Of a stretch of 64,000 bases of DNA, positions 56,013-64,000 are shown in pieces. The notes beneath the pieces are model-generated. The model searched no databases. It saw only the letters and a program-made list of their open reading frames with translations, and was not told the origin of the DNA. Source of the stretch: Octopus vulgaris (Eukaryota); the NCBI GenBank assembly GCA_951406725.2, contig OX597814.1:178560001-178624000 (forward strand). The letters are read 5' to 3'. Position numbers and translations under genes: made by a program. Positions within the stretch are counted from its first letter, which is position 1; each line of letters starts with the position of its first letter.

Positions 56013-56091
<79 letters not shown>

Positions 56092-56559
56092 TTATGTATC
56101 TATGTATCTATGTATTAAGTTTTATATATCATATATATGCATGCAAATACAAAGACGCACAGATAATTGCATATATAAATATTTTATGCATACTATATAT
56201 AAAATATTTACACTTATACTTAGTTAAATACAGACGCCCATACAGCTGTACGTATGCTTATACAGAAGTCCATCATAAGTATATATGCATAATTTACATG
56301 CATACACACATACACACATACACACACGCACACACATATATACATATATGCATGCATGCATGCATCCATCCATCCATTCATCTATCCATCTACCCATAAA
56401 CCCATCCATCTATTTATACATACATGCATAAATACATACATATATATATAAATTTGTGATGCGTTAGTGAATGCGTATATTTGCTTGTGTTTCTAAACGC
56501 AGGTATATTGCCTGTATATTGATCTACAAGTCAAGTAGAGAGTAAATTTTTGAGCCATG

Positions 56560-56800
56560 GTTTCATTCCTATAGGTATGATGCATTTTCTCAGCGATACA
56601 CATTAATGGATTTGAACTTATCACTGACAACATTGAATTCAACTAACAATTATTCCTCAGGGACTAATGAACCTTCAGAGTACAAATTTCGACATGCACT
56701 AGCTGACTGAGATTAGTCTACTTCCATTCATTTCGATTTAGCTTGGTAGCCAATAACACGAAATTTCTCTGAAGGACGGATATTCGAGAAATTTGATTCA
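56560..56800 (+). pseudogene. Possible highly decayed CR1-type RT fragment
   Basis: IPQG at about 56652 and VANNTKF at about 56746, about 30 codons apart as for PQG..FADDTK; frameshifted. Confidence 0.3.
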
Positions 56801-57137
56801 TTCTGAAAAGGCTGCTGTCTTAAGTAATATTTATCATTACAATGCACCTGGAAGGTATTTGTTTAATTCAAATGATGAAACCCCAAGTTAGAGATTTTAC
56901 TCACGTTTGAAGCAATCTTAAACCGAAGAAAATGCTCCTACATAAGACTTTTATTCACGTTTATCAGTTAAATAGTACAATCACGTGAACAACGGGTTGA
57001 TTCACATAGCAAAGAAAACATGGAATTTTCTATTGTTTTTTAATCCAAATGAGAAACAGACACCCGTTTGTCGTTTCTGGACCATGTTAAATAGTAACTA
57101 TGCAAAACATAAAGCAATAATAATATTATACATAATG

Positions 57138-57325
57138 CCGCGGTCTGGTGGAATCGCCAACATTTCTTCCATCTTTACGTTCTGAGTTGAAATACCGCCG
57201 AAGTCAACTTTCCCTTTCATTCTTTCGAGGTCTGTAGAATAAGTACCAGTCGAGCAATGGGGTTGATGTAATTGACTTACCCTCTCCCCTAAACTTGCAG
57301 GCCTTGTGCCAAAATTTGAAATCAA
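57138..57325 (+). mobile_element. Old SINE family C copy
   Basis: TACGTTCTGAGTTGAAATACCGCCGAAGTCAAC...AATAAGTACCAGT...AAAATTTGAAATCAAT. Confidence 0.8.
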
Positions 57326-57482
57326 TATAAATATTATACCTATGTGACGCTGGCGATCTACCCTGTATCTACTGATTTTGAACTTGAAGTTACGTTGTGT
57401 TCTCTGTATTTCGATGACGGAAGTTTGGGGTCGGTGCTGGTACAGGCAATATTTGTAAGAAGGAGCAGCGATTCACACAGTC

Positions 57483-57518
<36 letters not shown>

Positions 57519-58639
57519 CACACGCACGTACGCACAGAGAAAAATACACAAAAAGCTTACTGAGCTATTGCTCCAGTATCTGAATAGCCATTGCTTTTTC
57601 ATAACAAATCTCCGGAGAAATACTTCATGAACTGTCATCTTCGGAAGAAATACATAACAGTTCATAATATATTTCTCTAGAGATTTTCTATCCAGAAAGA
57701 CCCTTGATAGTGCATGATGATGCATCAATGAACACGTGATTACTTGAAATCAAATCGATCGAAAATTACTAAGTCATTTTTGTAAAACGCTTTTGGATAA
57801 TTTTAAAAGGAAGACACTCTTCTAATAAGCATGCAAATTCACCCTAAGTGTGAAAAGTGAGTGAATTGTTGCATGACACGTTTAGTATAACGTTTTTTTA
57901 TAAAATGTATTCTTTATATTTCTAATTATCCATAAACAATGTCTAGTGCAACAAGAACGGATTAATAATTTATCTATGCTGTCAGTGCATGTACATTTAT
58001 GTAACCAAGACTGAGTTTAGCTCCGTCCATGAGTACAAAACATTTTTTTTTATGACGAGTTTCAACGAAGACAGACAGTGAGAGCGGTTCAACGTTTTCT
58101 ACGACAGACTGATAGAATATGTGTTGTAACCACTGAATTTAATTTACACTACGAGTTTTAAACTGTTATGCTTACTGAAAAAATATATCTAACAATTGAA
58201 AAAAGAAAGTATGTTTTACGTGAGCTTTCGCATGGGCTCATGCGTGCTTGTGTGAGTGAGTGTGGAAATATGTCTGTCTCATGTGTGGAGGTATTAGCTA
58301 CGATTACACATATATACTTACATGCACACACACATACTTACACACACACACACACACACACACAAACATACATGTATGTATATATATATGTATATATATA
58401 TAATTACATACGTACACACATACACACACAAACATATAAATACAAACATACACACACACACACACACACACACAGAATTAATATGAACAGCAGTGTGCAA
58501 TGTTTCACCAAAAAGGAGAATTACAAATGTTACTAAATGTGACAATGATGTTAGAAAAAAAAACTACATTGCTTGAAATAAGAGCTAAAACGCTCTAATG
58601 CTGTAGTTAACGCACATCAATAAAAACATAAAACATATA

Positions 58640-58765
58640 CACTAAGAAGGACCATAATCGTCCGAGCTGGCTAAATTGATGAGGCGATAGAAATTGCTGA
58701 AACCGACGCGTCAGGTTTAAACATTCTCGATCAGAACTTTTCGGACGATTATGGTCCCTATGGGG
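58640..58765 (+). mobile_element. Small fold-back element enclosing a hammerhead-like motif
   Basis: Arms GGACCATAATCGTCCGA (58649-58665) and TCGGACGATTATGGTCC (58741-58757); centre TTGATGA GGCGAT AGAA ATTGCT GAAA CCGACGCG TC. Confidence 0.6.
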
Positions 58766-58837
58766 ATACATTTACGTGTGTTTATATGCATATATGTGCG
58801 CGCGTGTACACACACACACATATATATAACTTTCTCA

Positions 58838-58883
<46 letters not shown>

Positions 58884-58885
<2 letters not shown>

Positions 58886-59090
58886 GCTGGTAGAAGCGTT
58901 AGCACGCTGGGCGAAATGCGTAGCCTATTTCGTCTGCCGTTACGTAGAGTTCAAATTCCGCCGAGGTCGACTTTGCCTTTCATCCTTTCGGGGTCGATAA
59001 ATTAAGTACCAGTTACGCACTGGGGTCGATGTAATCGACTTAATTTCTTTGATTGTCTCCTCTATGTTTAGTCACCTGTGGACAATAAAG
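58884..59090 (+). mobile_element. SINE family C copy
   Basis: Near-identical core to 19805-20026. Confidence 0.9.
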
Positions 59091-59389
59091 ATATATATAT
59101 ATATATATACTTACATGTATTCTTATATGTATATGTATGTATACCAACGTATTATGGAATTCACGTGCGTATTTTGTCTGTGATGCTGATTTTACACGTT
59201 CCTATAAACTTGGAGCATGAAACGAACGACGCTAACCCATCAATGCAATATGTTGTTCTCTGAAAATATTACAGACTGTCTATTTAGGTTAGCAGGACTA
59301 TTTATGACTTGATCAATATTTTCAAGTACCTAGTTTATTCACAGTTGCTTTTGTTCCTTATTGTAGTGATAGCTATATTACACTGTGAA

Positions 59390-59730
59390 AGAAGAAATAA
59401 TAAAACCGATTCATAAAGGAGGGAATTAGATCACAGAGAAGCTGCTATAAAGCTGTACTGCTTACAACGCATCTTTCAAAAGTTCTAAAGCGAATTTATA
59501 TCTAGAAGGATAGTAAGTTACTTAGAAAAACCGAACTATTTCAACAAAATCCTGAATGGTTTCCGCCTCGGAAGAGAGTGTCAGACACAACTTTTCCAAT
59601 AATAGTACCGATTTCTGGAAATAGTATTATCTGGTCCAATTTGTGAAAGCTTATACCTTGATATTGCAGAAGCATTTGAAAATATCGGTCACATCGTTTT
59701 ATGATGCAAACTCAGACAATGGCTTGGTTA
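59390..59730 (+). pseudogene. CR1/L2-clade LINE reverse-transcriptase fragment
   Basis: IIKPIHKGG..., LLTTHLSKVLKR, NGFRLGRECQTQL and LYLDIAEAFENIGH correspond to RT motifs YRPISLTS..SKV, HGFR.GRSC.TQL and YLDFAKAFDKVDH. Confidence 0.8.
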
Positions 59731-59978
59731 CTTGCTTATGTTTAGGAAATATATAATCGTAAATTTTGTTCCTAAAAGAACCTTCTCATTCACAAATGTT
59801 AGCACAGTCGTGATATTAATCGATTGGATGCTTCGATCTCTTACTTCCCTTCACTCGATCACTTGTTTTTAACTGACTGTGATTTATCTGCAAACTAACT
59901 CTGCATAAAAATTCAACGTCATAAACGTTCGGAGTTGTGATGGGATACTAGTTTCTGAATGCGTGTCGCAAAAACTTG

Positions 59979-60215
59979 TACCTATTTCTTTATTACCCAC
60001 AAGGGGCTAAACATAGAGGGGACAAACAAGGATAGACATAGGTATTAAGTCGATTACATCGACCTCAGTGCGTAACTGGTACGTAATTTATCGACCCAGA
60101 AACGATGAAAGGCAAAGTCGACCTCGGCGGAATTTGAACTCAGAACGTAACGGCAGACGAAATACCGCGAAGCATTTCGCCCGGTGTGCTAACGTCTCTG
60201 CTAGCTCGCCGCCTT
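59979..60215 (-). mobile_element. SINE family C, full length
   Basis: Reverse complement of the 19805-20026 copy. Confidence 0.9.
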
Positions 60216-60734
60216 TTATCGCAAAATCTTGTACCGTTAATGGGGGACTAGCATGAAAATATGAATGAGATAGAAAATATGCGTGCGTGCGCGTGTGAGT
60301 ATGCCTGTGTGTGTGTAACTGGATTTTTCTCGGTTTTAAGGATGGAGATTCACTTCTTCCATAAAATAGACGACATAATCGTTGAATTAACGTGCAGGAG
60401 GCAAAAAATTCTGCTGACACAAATCCATTTAACGTAGTTATCTGGGAAAATCAGTAGGACATATTACTTATCTTTAAATTACCAAATTTTCGTCTACCGA
60501 ATATATCAACCCACACATTCATTCGAGCGTAGATCAAGAAAATAAGCTGTGGTATCGGACCCAAAACCTAGTGGTTTGTATGTATGTAACTCTGTCAGTC
60601 AGCAGCTGGACTTGAAACTCATGTGAGTGCTCATCAACGGTGGGATTGTGTTTTGTGATGGAGTGTGGTGTGTGTGTGTTGATGAGAAGGCTATCATCTG
60701 TCAAGATAAAGCAATCATCATATATGTTTGTATG

Positions 60735-60765
<31 letters not shown>

Positions 60766-60768
60766 GTA

Positions 60769-61061
60769 ATCACGTGACCGACCAGACCATCAGATGTTTT
60801 ACACATCGCTGGTCACCATGCGTTCGCATTGTTTTAGCCTTCGAATGACGCCACCCCGCTGGCTAAGCGAGCAGGCCAACAGAAGAGTGAGAGAAAGAGT
60901 GGTGAAAGATTACAGCAGGGATCACCACCCCCTGTCGGAGCATCGTGGAGCTTTTAGGTGTTTTCGCTCAATAAACACTCACAACGCCCGGTCTGGTAAT
61001 CGAAACCGCGATCCTACGACCGCGAGTCCGCTGCCCTAACCACTAGACCATTGCGCCTCCA
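60769..61061 (-). mobile_element. tRNA-derived SINE family A, full length
   Basis: Reverse complement of 34570-34853; a 3' fragment is also at 61764-61882. Confidence 0.9.
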
Positions 61062-61566
61062 CTGTATGTATGTATGTATGTATCAATATGTGTGCATGTG
61101 TGTATGTATGTATATATTCACCTCAACTGGCCCTGATCTCTTTAACTTCATATCAAGACACATAGGAGAAGTAAAATATTCCCTAATTTTTAACGTTTCC
61201 TGGACGATTATCTCTAACGAATTCCAGATAAAACACCTATCATCCGGGTATATCTCTGCAAACAATAACTCTCTACTGGAACGGGCTATAGAGCCCAAAG
61301 AATGACTAATATGAAACATCATTAAATGTCTTATCCAGGTGATGTATATATACATGCATAAATACATACATACATACATACATATACACACACACACACA
61401 CATGTATATATGTATGTATATATATATATATAGTTGAAGTATATTGCATTAAGAACTTATTAGAGTACAAAACAGAGCTCGTTCACCCTTAGTAGTTGCC
61501 GACAGTATTATGGTAGTGGTCATTAAACAGCTGTCGAATCGTACTCGCTCTTCTTTTTATTCTTTC

Positions 61567-61607
<41 letters not shown>

Positions 61608-61632
61608 CACACACACACATATATACATATAC

Positions 61633-61707
<75 letters not shown>

Positions 61708-61718
61708 CCACAACTCAA

Positions 61719-61771
<53 letters not shown>

Positions 61772-61879
61772 ATCACGTGACCGAACAGACCATCAGATGT
61801 TGTTACACATAGCTGGTCACAATGCGTTCGCATTGTTTTAGCCTTCGAATGACGCCATCCCGCTGGCTAAGCGAGCAGG

Positions 61880-61934
<55 letters not shown>

Positions 61935-61935
<1 letters not shown>

Positions 61936-62341
61936 TTAGAGAATAAATCCAAATTCACAGGGAAAAATCAGATTTAGGATTGAATCCAATTTTATAGTAA
62001 CATATTATATTATATTACATTAGAGACAAAACCACTATTATGCAAATCAAGCAAAGAAAGACTTAAGCCAATACATAAAATAATTTATATAAATTAAAAT
62101 TTAACTATTATAAGTAACCACTACGATCGTTTTTGTCAGCACATCTTTGAAACATTCTTCAGGTGGTTTCAAGATCTTCTTGGCGAGTTTTAAACTGAAA
62201 AATATCTCAAAGATGTGCTGACACGAAACGATCGTAGTGGTTACTTATAATTGTTAAATTTTAATTTATATAAATTACTTTATGTATTGGCTTAAGTCTT
62301 TCTTTGCTTGATTTGCATAATAGTGGTTTTGTCTCAATATA

Positions 62342-62350
<9 letters not shown>
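61935..62350. mobile_element. Fold-back element in (TA)n with a hammerhead-like motif in each arm
   Basis: Arms 62023-62162 and 62195-62335; unpaired tail 61935-62010; motifs at 62116-62168 (minus) and 62195-62242 (plus). Confidence 0.85.
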
Positions 62351-62381
<31 letters not shown>

Positions 62382-62475
62382 AAAAAAGGTTTGAAAATGC
62401 AATTTAAACGATGTTTATTTACTTAACCGGTTTCACTCTTTGGTAAAAGATTGTCAAAAGTTACATTTAAGGAAA

Positions 62476-62701
62476 CATTGAATAATATGGGTTCAAAAAA
62501 AGTTTTTTACATAATTGTCACATTGAATATTATGCATTCAAAAAAGTTTTTTACATAATTGTCACATTGGATATTATGGGTTCAAAAAAAGTTTTTTACA
62601 TAATTGTCACATTGAATATTATGCATTCAAAAAAAGTTTTTTACATAATTGTCACATTGGATATTATGAATTCAAAAATATTTTTTTATACATAATTGTC
62701 A
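62476..62701. repeat. 45-bp tandem repeat, 5 units
   Basis: CATTG(A/G)ATATTATG(GG/CA)TTCAAAAAAAGTTTTTTACATAATTGTCA starting at 62476, 62521, 62565, 62610 and 62655. Confidence 0.95.
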
Positions 62702-63117
62702 CATTACATGTATAAATATAGTGTTTGGTAACAGAGAAGTTCAATAGTGTGATGAGACTATTTGGGAAAATTTGGCAGAAAAGGATAAAACAAATATATT
62801 ATTGGGAATTGGTTGCGTTAATTATCGGTTGTCGCAAATTGTCACATTACATGTATATATATACAATCTTTGGTATATATATACAGCGTTTTGACAGCAA
62901 AAATTAAAATGGATTTTTTGTACATCTCAGAATATTTTAAGTATGTTTTTACTGACCTGTCAGTATTAGCAGAAAGGCTGAACTGAGAGAACAGAAGAAG
63001 TAGCCAATGTGGTGTATACTTCCCCTTTATGCATGAATGATTTTGGGGTTATCAGGAGGTTAGTATGCGGGTGTGAATAGATGTGTCCGTGCCTGCTGGT
63101 CAGACAGCGTCTGTTTG

Positions 63118-63322
63118 TCACACACATATATATACACACAAACACACACACACACAACAACACACACACACACACACATAGTATACAAACACACACCACA
63201 TACAAACAACACACACACACACAGAACACACACACCCACACACAACGCACCCACATATATCACATATACACACAGCACACAAATATAACATGTATCTATA
63301 TATAACATACACAGATATATAA

Positions 63323-63371
<49 letters not shown>

Positions 63372-64000
63372 CACACGCACACATACATACATAATATAAA
63401 TATCACACAAATACACCTAGCATATATATACACACATACAATACACACATACAGCATGTAAGCAATATACATACACAATATATGCATGCAATATACATAC
63501 GCAATACATACATATAATATATATATATATAGACAATGCATATACATATATACACATATACATATAAATAGTGTTTACATACACATACATAGATGTACCA
63601 CATATACACACAGCACACATACATACAATGCATACACATACACGTACGCATACATATAATATATATATACACACACACACACATAACATACATACACACA
63701 CAATGCATACATATATATACACGCAATGCATATACATGTATTCATGCACATATAGCACACCTACAATATACATATATACAGTGCACACATACACACAAAT
63801 ATATACACTTAATTGTACACGTACATATACAATACACATACATACAATATACATATACACAATGCGCATGCAAATAATGTACATGTTTATACACACATAA
63901 ACATGCAAATAAATATACACACACACACATACACACACACACATATATATACACACATATATATATATATATACACACATACATACATACATACATGCAC
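63118..64000. repeat. Degenerate (CA)/(TA) low-complexity field
   Basis: Direct reading. Confidence 0.95.

Noticed and set aside
57359-57382. TACCCTGTA resemblance to the miR-10 5' end
   Set aside because: Only the first 9 nt match and there is no precursor hairpin.
61120-61340. Possible CR1 RT fragment on the minus strand (LDKTFNDVS, RVIV, VLSGI)
   Set aside because: Too short and degenerate to call without a profile search.
62476-62701. CRISPR-like appearance of the 45-bp array
   Set aside because: No unique spacers, eukaryotic context and no cas genes.

Overview
AT-rich eukaryotic DNA dominated by microsatellites ((TA)n, (CA)n, (CATA)n, (GATA)n, trinucleotide fields) and interspersed repeats. 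The repeat repertoire looks like a coleoid cephalopod, probably Octopus; this is inferred from repeat style, not from a search. I found no convincing host protein-coding exon, and nearly all ORFs in the track are translations of simple repeats. Recognisable elements: one full-length decayed Tc1 element (13897-15149), one full-length decayed mariner (31212-32487), RTE- and CR1-type LINE relics, a Penelope-type GIY-YIG endonuclease relic (about 52650-52990, minus), hAT- and Tigger-like MITEs, two Helitron/Helentron-like non-autonomous elements, two solo-LTR candidates, and at least five SINE-like families. The most striking unexplained signal is about a dozen minimal type-I hammerhead-ribozyme-like motifs (CUGAnGA - stem II - GAAA - short palindromic stem III - GUH). 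They sit in short non-coding elements that are often fold-back (inverted arm plus an asymmetric tail) and often inserted in (TA)n. One element is bounded by a 12-bp target-site duplication, and one family fuses a tRNA-derived Pol III head to the hammerhead. Together this suggests several families of non-autonomous, ribozyme-bearing Penelope-dependent retroelements. Most individual ribozyme copies carry core mutations, and no folding or database search was run.
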